Shown here one piece after another: positions 40,908-53,276 of a DNA stretch of 64,000 nt. Made by a program: the position numbers and the translations under genes. Each line of letters begins with the position of its first letter. Position 1 is the stretch's first letter. Source of the DNA: Trichoplax sp. H2 (Eukaryota); assembly GCA_003344405.1 (NCBI GenBank), contig NOWV01000244.1:1-64000 (forward strand), read 5' to 3'. The notes under the pieces are model-generated. The model worked only from the letters and a program-made list of their open reading frames with translations. It did not search any database and was not told the DNA's origin.

Positions 40908-43567
40908 TCTTCAAGTGGTCCAGGAATTTGAATCTCGTTGTGGTGAAAAGGTTATCCTGGTAGGTGATAATTCGACCTTGAATCACAGTTGTAAAAATTG
41001 CAATGGAATGAAACGTTTCTCTGCTCAAAGCCACCAATAGTATAATAAGTAGAAGATAGTGCTACTATTTTCTTGGTCGATTACCAGCTTTCAATGACTA
41101 GAGAAGGAATAATCCTAATTTTTTCAATAGCATGGATTGAACTTGTTTACCTAATGGCTGCAATGCTCGAGCTGACTGATCCGGTAGTTATGACAACAGC
41201 AGGAACACGACTGCACAGTTTAAGCAATGGAGAATGACAACGCCATGACTTGACAAGCAGCCAAGAGTGATGATTAAGACAGCTACTTCTAATAATTTCA
41301 AGGATTAAAGGGAAGGAATGACTATGCCATCTGGGAGAAATGGAATTAGTTATAGCTAAAAAGCTTTGGAAAGAATTTGCCAAGGATGCTATGCTGTACT
41401 GTAGCTCTTCGAAAGGTAGTAGTGGAGTAAAGAAAGCAATTGCAATTTCCTCATACTCTACGTCTACGACGTAGGTCATGTTTAGGCATAACTCCTACTA
41501 AAAATGGGCAGGGCAGCAGGCAGCCACCCGTGCGTTACATACAGTACATGGCACTGTATATGTACAATATATTGTACTGTAAAAAGGTTCCACTGTACTG
41601 TACAAGACGACTGTCTTCTTCTGGGTCACCTCCCATATTCTGTGTCCAATCGTCCTGTCCTGTCCACAGACAGTTGCTGTTGCTATGGCTATAGGTGGGC
41701 GTGGACACGGCATGCCTATGTTATGCTGTCGTGCTGAATTGCTAAAATAGAGAGTGTAGTGGTGATATTTTAAAAGTTGCCTATGGATCTCATACAGTAC
41801 GTAAAAACAGCAAAGAATAGGTATAGTAAAAGAAGTTAATGATCTGATAAGAAAAATCCAAACTCATGTAGTTCCATAAGCCATATCGATACTATAGGAT
41901 GCAAACTATGATTGGATGTCAATTTATACTTTTTATCCTACATTGAACGAGTTCTAGCTTTTAACCATAGAAAGTTAAGAGAAGGAAATAATCGTTATAT
42001 ACATTAAATCCAATCAAGACATTATGCAAATAAAATATTTCATAAACGATAGATTAATCCTATACATTGTCACTGTAATTCAAATCTTAAAGGATTTAAG
42101 GTATGTCAAATTTGTGCAAATAACTGCACTAATCATTATCAAACGGGTACAGTTTCATTGGCAAGACTTAAAATTACAGATAATAATCAATTATTAATCG
42201 CAGACTTTTAAGATTTCCGATAATTGCATTATGAAGAAATTATCTATAAAGCAAAATAGTTTATCGGAAATTAATCATAATTGAACAATCAGTAATATTG
42301 AATTTCTATTAGATGCATATTTGTTAGAGGCACAATCCACAACCTAAGTTTTCAGATAACTCTTTATCGTAAGAATTCGATGTTTACAGTTTCTAGCTTC
42401 AAGTAGTATAGGCACAATCCACAACTACAAGTATTTTTTAGTTTTACTCATCAAAATAAAAAGAATTCCATAAAGGGAATGCGAAATACTTGCTTGCACC
42501 TGAGCTTAATATTGCAGATAGTTGTTCCTGATAGAAAAACTGTATTTACATAATTAATATAAAGTGTCATCGAAAATACTATTATAGATCCAATAAGCTC
42601 GTCTTATATTTGGGTTGAGCTAGTAACGAACTGAACAATTTGATGATATAGCTATCTATGAAGCACCCTGCCGTTCTTGTGATCCAAATTTTAGTTTCAC
42701 CAGTTTAATTACCATCGTAATGTTGGTAATTAGATTTAATTACATAATTTCATTTGTTTCTTATTATAAATAATCATGAACAAAAACAACGCAATATAAT
42801 GCTCAAGTAAACACTATTACTATTCACAGTGTCTACAGCCTCTTTGAGAGCCCACAACAGGTTCTGTTCTAGCCAGATAGAGGAATTCCAGTACGTTGCA
42901 AATTTATAGCAACAAGCTAACAATTGAAATACTGCACTATAAAGTTCACAATTTTAATATCGAACTTTGAACGTCAGACAAGGATTGTAGAAACATTAGA
43001 AGTTCATCTACCTCTCTACCTAAAGTAATGCGTGGAATTTATAAGAAAAGCACAGGAATTAATGAATGGTCCCGATTATCCTCATCCATTGAAATTATAA
43101 TTAGTACCGTAGACAATAGAGCTATATGAATGGCAATGGCATTGAGTAGAAAGTGCTGTCTGGCAGGTTTATTAGCTCTAACGGGTGACCGAGAAAGAGA
43201 TTCTAAATGATATCGTTACCTACGGTACTTCTAAGTTTTAGCAAGGTATTCAACGGGAAGAAAAATCCCTTATTTTCTCCAGTTTCTCAGCAAATTCTAT
43301 ACCAGTCAGATTTTCTAAGTTCGAAAGACTCAACTTGGACCGAATCATCTCACAAGCTAGTAGACTAATTTCAAAGACTCTGTTGCATTATATAATTATG
43401 GCAAATTTTACTGTACTAGTGCTTCTAATACTGTTAAAAATACCCTTGCTCTGTTTTAAGTTACTGAATTCTTTGCCTGTGGGAAAGATCTTTTACGGTT
43501 GCATAGTAAATAGCGATGGTGATAGTAAGTTCTTATTAATCATACTCGTATATTGTTATTGTACTCT

Positions 43568-43943
43568 ATATTGGTCAATATGATTCTTTTGTTGACAAAA
43601 GAATCTCTACCATCAGATAAAAAAATCAATCATCATCACTCATTATAATTACTTAACCCAAGTCTGTTAATATAAAAAGAAAAAAATGGCAGGAGTATTC
43701 TTAACTGCATTACAAGCGATTATATCACTTTCCTGCTATGAGTATCGTTAGATGTCATATTGGTCAATATGATTCTTTTGTTGACAAAAGAATCTCTACC
43801 ATCAGATAAAAAATCAATCATCATCACTCATTATAATTACTTAACCCAAGTCTGTTAATATAAAAAGAAAAAAGTGGCAGGAGTATTCTTAACTGCATTA
43901 AAAGCGATAATATCACTTTCCTGCTATGAGTATCGTTAGATGT
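43568..43943. repeat. Recent ~188-bp tandem duplication
   Basis: 43568-43755 and 43757-43943 are nearly identical (atattggtcaatatgattctttt..gagtatcgttagatgt), differing in homopolymer lengths and a few substitutions. Confidence 0.95.
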
Positions 43944-44330
43944 ACAAGTATTTAGTTCCTTTACAAGCTCTAATCGTATGATATCAAGGATTGAAAGTAC
44001 AGCGATTATTGAATAAGTTATTATTGAACTTTTCATCGAACAGTAGCGTTGGTGGGAACGATCAGCATTCAAAGTCTAAATTTGACGACAATGCTGTTAA
44101 CTTTGTTATGTACTAGTAATACTATCAGCATGGTGAGCAAATATAGAGATACTGCATAGTCTAGTAAGAAGACGGCAATTACTTGCTGGTTTTAGAATAC
44201 CTTGAATAGACCATGTTATATGACGTAATAGTTTGTAGAACTTTACACTAGTATGCTATGTTTTATTTATGCGAAAGCAACCGAAAATGATGTAGATTAT
44301 GCATGCAAACCACGTTGAGCGTCTACTTTG
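43757..44330 (-). pseudogene. Possible decayed intronless rhodopsin-family GPCR (TM1-TM5 fragments)
   Basis: Frameshifted or stop-interrupted fragments in GPCR order: LNVVC/IIYIIFG, STNYYVI/NMVYS (cf. TNYFIxNMAxSD), LCSISIF..S/ITKLTALS, LIVP, YCSMKSSIITYSIIAVLSIL, C (ECL2), ILLPLF. Alignment by eye only. Confidence 0.3.
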
Positions 44331-46189
44331 TCTAGCGTGATTGACCTATAATAATTATAATTAATGGATAATATGAAGAAAGACAACCATTGTGTAAGAG
44401 AGCGAAAGAGTATTTCATAATTATGTGATTTAGTATGACAATTTTAATTATTGGTGGTGTTCGTAGGATAAAAAAGGAAATGTTCACTGTTATGTCTGTT
44501 AGTTGATATATGAGTCTATTTCAATGTTGCTACGACCCACTGTCGATTGATTGATTGGTAGTTTTACATCATTGTTGATAAACAAAGCACGATATTAAAT
44601 GGCTGCCACGGCATGAATCACCCGGAAGAGTCAATGACTAAATTTAGTGATTAACATTTCTATATGAAGATAGCTAATAATGACTTACAATAAGAGCTAG
44701 GGTAGGAGAAAATTAATGATATGCCACTAGACAGTATTTTGCGGTATTTAATGATATGCCATCGTAATTTACCGAAATTTAATAATATGGATCAATTTAA
44801 AATTAGCTACCGTATAACAACTCTTACAACAGTACAGTATAATTTACTATATAACAAAATGAATTGATTATAGTGTTATGTCTTGTAACGCTTGTGATGA
44901 ATATCCTGAAGATATTCAATTTTAGAGGATACTATAAATAATTCTGTGTATAGACATACCGTAATCTAATTATCTAGAATCGTTCAGTATATCTCTAAGA
45001 TTATGAATAATTTCTGTATTAATTTAGCTATTCCAATAAGAACTAAATTGCATGATCTGTTATGACTCATACATGATAGCTGGTGCCGGAGGGTAATTAA
45101 GCTCGGCAGATAATTGAATAAAAGAAAAGTGCTATAGTTCTTTACCGCAGAAGCAAAGGCGTCTAAATTCTTGTGAGGTAGTTAAGGATAATAAATCCCG
45201 GAAGCTATAGTAATTTAGAGATTTGTTTTACGTTGTCTTTACCGCGGTTTTTTTGTTTTATTGTTTCTTTAGTATAAAATAATAAATTATCTGGATTATA
45301 ATTAATTGATTACAATCACATGCCTACACCTAATAGTATTAACAAAGCCGACTAGTGTAAAAAAATTACAAGAGCATCCTGAACAGTGCAAGTAGCAAAA
45401 AAACATTTTCTTTCTTGAGGATCAGTAGACATATGCAGTTCTGTAGCAAAATCTTCTGGCTTGGGATAGTATTAATAAAAGATATGCAAAAAAGTCAAAT
45501 TAACATACGTATATTCTAACTTTTATCAATCTTAATCCACGTCTTTAAAACGCAAAATCTATATCACCGTTAATTAATGTTATAAATCAAATTTTCTTCT
45601 TTCAGTTAATCTTTTAATTTTTCGCATTTCTAAATCTTAACCTATACCATTAACGAACAATTGACATCATTATTCATTAACGAACCAATTTTCTTTGTAA
45701 GCTTAATCTTTCATGTCTACAGACATGTAAAAATAGATGGTATGGTGATTTTATCACATTAATGTATTTCAAAACTGTAACAATAAAATGATTATATTAC
45801 AAGGTATTCGCTAGTTATTTACATATTTAATTACACCCCTTAGCTATTAATCGAAACTAGAACTATTGTTCCATTTTTAAATTCACCGAGAATATGATAG
45901 TAATAATTTGAGGCATTCGTAATTTAGAAAAGAATTCGTAACAATGACATATGCCTATTAAACTGCCGGATTAGCTACTATACGTATCATTGAATAACTT
46001 GATATAGCAATAAAAAGGAAATATACGATCTGTTCTTATTCTTGCTGCATTCTAGTCAGAAGTAAGTGTTTGCCGTTCCGTTCGTCCACAGCTATCTATC
46101 GCATTAAAACTGCACCCTTTCACGGTTTAAAACGCTGCTCATTAATACCCACAAGCCTACAGCCAGAACTGATTTCCTTTCGACAACCA

Positions 46190-49100
46190 ATGGAAATAAA
46201 ACTTCAACGTAAAGAAGCTAATAAGCTTTTTAAACAAGGATCCTATGAAGAAGCTCGATCGCTCTATAGGCAAGTGTTGGATCGAATTGGAGGGTCTAAT
46301 GTATTGCCTCGATTCGAGATCACACTCCAGATTGTTAAAACCTCTATTTATCTCCAAGATTACGAGATTGCAAAAAGTGACTGTGAGAGTGCTAAACTAC
46401 TAGCAAGAAGATTAAGTGACAAGAAACTTCTCCAATGCGAGAAATATTTAGGTGAGATTTGCCATCAACAAGGTAATCATGAAGACGCATTACAATATTA
46501 CAATTTAGCTTACCGACTATCAGTACAAATTAACGGAAGCAAACATCTTACAACTGCTGATATATCGCAGCAGATTGGAGATGTATACGTAGCAATGCAA
46601 CATTACAGCGATGCTTTAACGTCCTATAAGCAAGCACTGAAGGTAAGACAAAAAAGACTTACGAAATTCAGCAAATTGATCGCTAACTCATACTTTGCTA
46701 TTGGAAATGTTTACTCTTGTGAAAGAGAGTATAAACTAGCCATCACAAACTTTCAAGAGAGTTTAGCTATTCGACACAAACTGTTTGAAAATAATCATTT
46801 GCTTATTGCTGACTGCTACGAAAGATTAGCGCAGATATGTAACGATCAATGTAAATTTCATGAAGCTGCATCATTGTTTGAAAAATGTCTTAAAATTTAC
46901 CTAGTAGTTGGTGGTAAAACAAATTTCGATGTTGCACAACTTTACCGTAACATTGGATTGGCCAAATTTGATAATGGTGATCATGGAGAGGCCCTTTCTA
47001 GTCATCAGAAATGCTTAGAAATCTGCATCAACATATATGGAGAAGAGCATCCTAACGTAGCTATGTCGTATAGCAGTTTGGCTTCTATATACTATCAGCA
47101 AGAGGAATACCAGCAAGCTTATGATATGTTTCGAAAGTCTCTGGATATTAATTTGAAAGTATTAGGTAGTAATCACTGGATAATTGCTGATACTTATCAT
47201 AATATCGGTAATATTCATTATAATCAAGAAAAATGCAGCGATGCTTTAAAGATGTACCAGGTAGCTATGTTCATGCGACTGAAACAAACAAGAAATGATC
47301 ATATTCGACATCGTATTGCTGATTCGTATTTCGTAGTTGCTAATGTATATGCAAAGCAGTCAAAGTACCATGATGCTCTGGAAATGTTTCTAAAGTCTTT
47401 CAGTATTTTCCAAAATTTATATGGAGAAAGTAATATTGTAGCCATAATTTATCAAAAAATTGCGGAGTTATACGATAGGGATGGCAGAGCTGACGACGCA
47501 AATGATATGCGATCGAGAGCTTCGGAAATATTCGATAGATTAGAGCATGGACAAATTCCAACACCGATACAAACTACATCACCAGGTACAGTATTACAAG
47601 TCAAACTGTATAATAGAGCAGAAATTTCCAACTGAAATATTTTTATTAAAGTAATTAGCCAAAGTTGCGACTTGATGGTAGCTAATTTCTTATCAACAAC
47701 TACTAGTTTTACGCGTATACAAAATGCCTTTCATAAGATACCATAAGGTAGAGACGCTGAAATCTATTCCTAACGGAAGCATAACTTAGTTTATATCTTT
47801 CATTTTATAAGACATTGTATTGTATGCTTTACTTTACATATAAGATATATTAAATATTCATTTTCAGCCCTAAAATCATTCATTTTACAAGCTAATTCTA
47901 AATTTTGTTGTTGGACGTTTCAAAGTGTTACTTGCATTTATTTATTACGCGCTTAATTTAACTAGACGTTATTGTTGTTGTAGTTATCGTCGAAAATGAT
48001 TACTTCAAGGCTTACATGATTGCTACAATATATGAAGAATGCCATAGCGATTGCACACGCCTCACATTTATTGGTCCTAGCGATTCTGGTAAAAATTTTA
48101 TCGTCAAGTTGTTAACGAAGCAAAATCTTACATCGCCATATGTCGCTGAAAATACTGAAGCAATGCTGGATCTTTCCACTGGTAATATCTTTAAACAGAA
48201 GACAGATGACTATCGTAAAATAGTCGGTAAAAAGATTGCTGCAACAATGCTGTCGATAACGCAACAGATGGAGAGTCAGTATAAAATGGAAGAGAGTTCT
48301 TTATCTGAGCTAATACTTTCGAAAATTGAAACAGTCCCGGAGGCGAACCCTACTATCATTTCTTCTTTCACTTCTGAATATGATGAAAACAGACTTGAAG
48401 AAAGAATTTCAAATACCGATACGAATCTAAACGCTAGTCCAAGCACTCAATATGCTAGTGTAGATACTAGACGATATTTAGATACATTCAATGATTTCAT
48501 GCAGCAGTCTCTTCAACTATGTGATGCAGACAATTCTCAAAGATCTTATTACAGCAATGTTTGGGAATTCGGAAGTAAGATATCGTGGAATCTACGCCAA
48601 CTTTTTACGCTTCGTAACAGCATCTATATTTTGACATTGGACATTACTGAAGCTACAAACCAAACATCTGCAACGAACGAGGAGCGTACAACATTGAATA
48701 CCTTTCTAGATAGTATCAAAGAATGTTTAGTCTCTGTTCTTGACGGTCACTGCGATGATGCCATTTCAGATCCAATTCAAGTTGACGATGCTGACTTGGA
48801 TGTCGGTATATATGAAGAATTTGCATTACCTGTCGTCATCTTTGTTGGATTTCATGATGATTGCGTAACCTCAGATACTGTAAGAATTTTCAATAATTTA
48901 ACAGAAACAATTTTTTCAACCTTTCCACAGTACAGTCGACATATTATACCGTCCGATGTTGTGTTTAATTGCAATCCGAAAGATACTAGCTCTTATGCAA
49001 TTGAACAGCGTGAGACATCTTGTCAGGCATTACGCAAATTAATTCAGCATTTTACTAAATTAATGCCTGTATTGCAAGACCGTGTTCCAATACGATGGCA

Positions 49101-50748
49101 TATCTTGCTATCTATACTGCATAAATCCGTAATTAACGATGGATGCGCGTGCAGTTCAAACAGCAGTAACTTCCCGCGTAGAGTGATGTCCGTGCACGAG
49201 GTAGAGGAACTTCTTCAAGATTGTGGATTATTTCGAAGCGATCAAGATACGTGCAAGATGTTACAACATTTGCATGATCTAGGAGAAATATTGTATGTTA
49301 AGCCGGATTATGGCAAAGAATACATTATTACTCAAGTCGAATGGTTAGCGAAGATTTTCCAAGTTCTCTTTGCATCCGCTTTCGGCCAAAAAGCAGACGC
49401 TACGAGAAGATTCTCTTTCACCAGGATTACTAAAATTAAGACAGACGGTATAATGAAAGAAAGTCATATAACGAACGTATTAAGAGAGTTTAGTTTAGAC
49501 GACAAAGAGAAAGAAGCAATATTACAGCTATTAGAAAATTACAATATCATATGTCCAAGAAATAATGCGAATGCCAATAACGAAAGTGTTGCAGCGGCTG
49601 GACGTGAGTACTTCGTACCGATTATCATTACTCCAAATTTCAAATCGAAAATTGATATTGGCAGTCTAAATGATGCTGGATATCATGTATCAGAAAGCTT
49701 ATATATCCAATTCGAGGATAATTCGTATATTCCTGATGTGATATTCTATCCTTTCCTTATTTCTTGCTTGAGAAAGTGGAATAATCTGGAAGCAGAATTA
49801 TTTTATAGAGGTGCTAAACTATTTTTGGAGAATGATTTATACTACCTGCTTATCGTCAAGGAGAGATCCAAAATTAGTTTGCGGTATTTCTATAAGAAAA
49901 GTACTAATCTGTCTGACGAACTGATTAAGAAATTAGTTTGGAAAAGTCGTCCACAAGAGCTTATTCAAGGCAGATTTTTCGATACTGCCAAGAAGTATAT
50001 GCCAAAGTCCATGAATAGTAGTTTAGCAAATTATGTTAAATGTAGCGAATGTGGCCAATTCTTAAATTTGTTCAGTTTCACGGAAGATAGTCGTTGTAAA
50101 AAGTGTATTTATTGCGGTAAAACTGCAAAATCCATGGGTGATTGGATAAACCTGGGTAAGTTTGGGATAGACGAAGTGTAGTAAAATTACCATATACTTT
50201 ATACTATGATAGTAATTTGCTCATAATTGTTGTCGGTACCATTTCTAGTTTAGGTTCAACTGAACAGGCTATACCTTTTAGCAACTACTATGATAGATTT
50301 ATGCTTATTTGTGTCATATATTTATTCGTAGAAGCCTATAGAATAGAATTAAATAAAGTTATTGCTTTTACATCAAGTAAGATAATAATTTACGCTGTAA
50401 TTATTGTTACTTACAGGGTCTACAGCTGATACAAGGCGCCATTTTTTCACCGTAGCTAAAGAAATTGGTATCGATTGGGAGAAGCTAGCGGGTGCACTAG
50501 GCATACATTGTAACGAGACCTCAGTTATCGACGCCGAGAACAAAAATTATTATAATAAAGCAAATCAACTCTTGGAGAAATGGTATACGCAAAATTACTG
50601 CCTCAAAGCTACTTACACTCTAGCATGTGCTCTAGATCATATTGAAAGACGCGATATTCTTGCAAAGCTCAAGTTCAATTCGTTGGAACTGTCTGATCTT
50701 AAAACTGCCGGAAGAACCGATATTCTTGAGCGGCTAAATTGGCATTAG
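46190..50748 (+). CDS. TPR array - degenerate Roc GTPase - COR - CxxC/CxxC Zn ribbon - Death domain (Roco-like protein); 3 coding exons
   Basis: Exon to 47585 holds ~10 TPR motifs, mostly 42-aa type (e.g. HPNVAMSYSSLASIYYQQEEYQQAYDMFRKSL). A phase-1 GT-AG intron leads to 47984-50155 (RLTFIGPSDSGKN, VWEFGS, IFVGFHDD; COR VPIRW..LQHLHDLGEILY..QVEWLAKIF..YFVP; CSEC..CIYC). A second phase-1 intron leads to 50417-50748 (IGIDWEKLAGALGI..ANQLLEKW..LACALDHIERRDIL). First ATG is 46190; an in-frame acceptor at 46056 may extend the gene upstream. Confidence 0.85.
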
Positions 50749-51501
50749 CGTAGGCTACTTCGTGGTGAACCCTTCAACTAATTCATTAACGGCTTGTGTA
50801 TTTATACATGAGTGTATGCTAAATTTTAATAGATTAATTAAAATTTTTGTACTGAATATTTTTACACTGCATCATCTCCCAAAGTTCAGAAATCTAGGCA
50901 GTTTCTGAAATTTCGGTAAAAGTGATATCCCTTGGCCATAGATAGTATATATGCATCATTTGTGAACATCGATTGATAGGCAATCGTGTAACTTAGCATT
51001 TGGATTTTAACGATCGTATTAAGATAATTGATTACATTATTAGCACAGGAGATTGATGCACTTCTTTTCGATTAAATTTTCTTTCCGTTAGATCGTAGTG
51101 TGCAAATGTTTCTAAAATCATGTACCTTTTGACGAAAAATGAAGAGTATTTGCTCTCTGGGCATTCTATTCTCTAGGCTATACATCGGTTGATCAACTTA
51201 CGGATACAGTAGCTTGTTTCTTGTTATCTCATGATGATAGCTTTATGTCTTTTCAATTTATCTATTTATGCCAACTTACTATCTACCTGGTTTTTATTGA
51301 AACGATGACAATAAAATAGATGATTTCCGGTAACCTATTCGCCATGGCGATATTGTACTTACTAATTATGAAACACTTAATGCTGATGTAGCTCGAACGC
51401 GATAAATATATTCTGTTATACGCGTCTTTCAAGCCTGCTTGGGTCTACTTACGCGTATGTTGATCATCTACAGTACACTTGATTTTAGAGTCATTTATAG
51501 A

Positions 51502-51865
51502 TTAATTATTGACCAGAAATTTTCATCGATTAAAGGGACCGTAGAAAAAGAACATGGGAGACTCATAGACTATGCGAATGATGTGCGAGTAGATTCTAGA
51601 TACATTGTTGTATATTGTGAGCATATTTTTAATTATTGACCTGAAATTTTCCTAGATTAAAGGGACTGTGGATAAAGAATTCGTAGGCTATGCGAATTAC
51701 TGTATGTGCGAGTAGATTCGAGATACATTGTTGTATAATGTGGGCATATTTTTAATTATTGACCAGGAATTTTCTTAGATTAAAGGGATTGTAGAAAAAG
51801 AATAGGTTATGCGAATTCTGTGCGAGTAGATTCTAGATCCATTGCTGTATACTGTAAACATATTA
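51502..51865. repeat. Three ~125-bp tandem units, intergenic
   Basis: ttaattattgacc..aattttc..gattaaaggga..gtagaaaaagaa..tatgcgaat..tgtgcgagtagattc.agat.cattg.tgtata recurs at about 51502, 51628 and 51750. Confidence 0.9.
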
Positions 51866-53276
51866 GCTTACTCTTGTGAATTAATTAGAATGAAAGTATA
51901 CGTATGTCCCTAAACATGGCATGAAATCGTGCATAGAACACCAAGAGTTAATTTTATTAACTCTGCAATGTCAATCTAGCAATCGGTATTGACCTTGCGA
52001 TGCCGGTGAGTCATGTCTCATGGGCATCCGTTTTTTTATTGATGTCGGCTACACAAAGATTCGTAACTATTTGAATACCCTGTTAACCGAAGGCAGGATT
52101 GCTTCCGTTCTCTTTTGTTGATCTTACCAATGGAACTGATTATATCCCATTGGTTTCGACCACAAAGATAATCTACATTGCGTGTATTAAGAATAATATC
52201 AAGCCAAAGTAAGCAATCTTGTATGAAGTTTATCTGACCGCCGCAGTAGTCTACAAACTGCAGCCCCCCAATAGTGGTTTGATCAGCAAACGATATAGAA
52301 TGTTGATCCTTGTCTTATGAATTAGTCATTGACGATAACTTCTAATCCTCTATTTCAGATTGATCGATGATATTGTCGAGAAGAAAGGGCGAAATCTTCA
52401 ATCGTAGCCATAAGAGAAAAATAATTCTTTTTATCTCCATGTCTTCAATCCACTTACTGTATGTCTAGTATCAGTCTGTTACTACCGTAATGCAAATCGA
52501 TGACTAAATAACGCCACCCCGTGCTGTGCAAAGCACAATATTACAAGTAGAAAAAGCCAATAGTCATTTTATCGTTCTTTCGGCCGTTCGACCAAAATCA
52601 TCTTAACCCGTCGTCCTCGTCTTACGCTATACCATCAACGCAAAGGCTGTCTATGACTGTCTATAGCATAGAGATATAAGAAACAACTTTCTATCTCGAT
52701 GGTCTGTCGTTTAGAGTCCTTAATAGGGTGAAAATATAACCCGAACCTAATAAATCCAGATCCAATTGTTGATTTTCGAAGTTGCAATCGCTAGACACTG
52801 GATGGCCATGGAAATTTTCAACCCGAATCCCTCCCTCGAGTCGGGTTCAAGTCGCGTTTCGGCTTGATATTTATATAGACTGTACCGTAATAGGGATACT
52901 GCTCTAGTTTGTCGCTGGATTTTGACTGGGGAATGCTGTCATGCAGTAGCATTTGGAGATTGTCCGTCCGGTGCAATGTCCACTAACGTCTAGCCACTGT
53001 ACACCATAAAGTACTGGATCATGACTGTATAATGTACTGTACAGTATCGAGAAGTGTCAAGCCAAGCCATAGAGATCCCTTTTCCCTTCTGGTCCAAATG
53101 GTCCCAAATTATTTGGGTGGCTACTACAGTGTACAGTGTACAGTGTAAACTGCACAGTACTGTACTGTAAAATATCGGTGACAAAGGAGCGATAGTGGCT
53201 AGTCGTGGTTGTGCTAGCGCCGGTTGTCCATCGTCGTCGGGTCGAGGGAGTTGGCGGCTTCTAATTGGGAAATAAC

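Noticed and set aside
41147..41737. Overlapping 70-110-aa ORFs upstream of TRAPPC10
   Set aside because: No recognisable motifs. TRAPPC10 starts at 40907 after an in-frame stop, so this is probably 5' UTR or promoter sequence.
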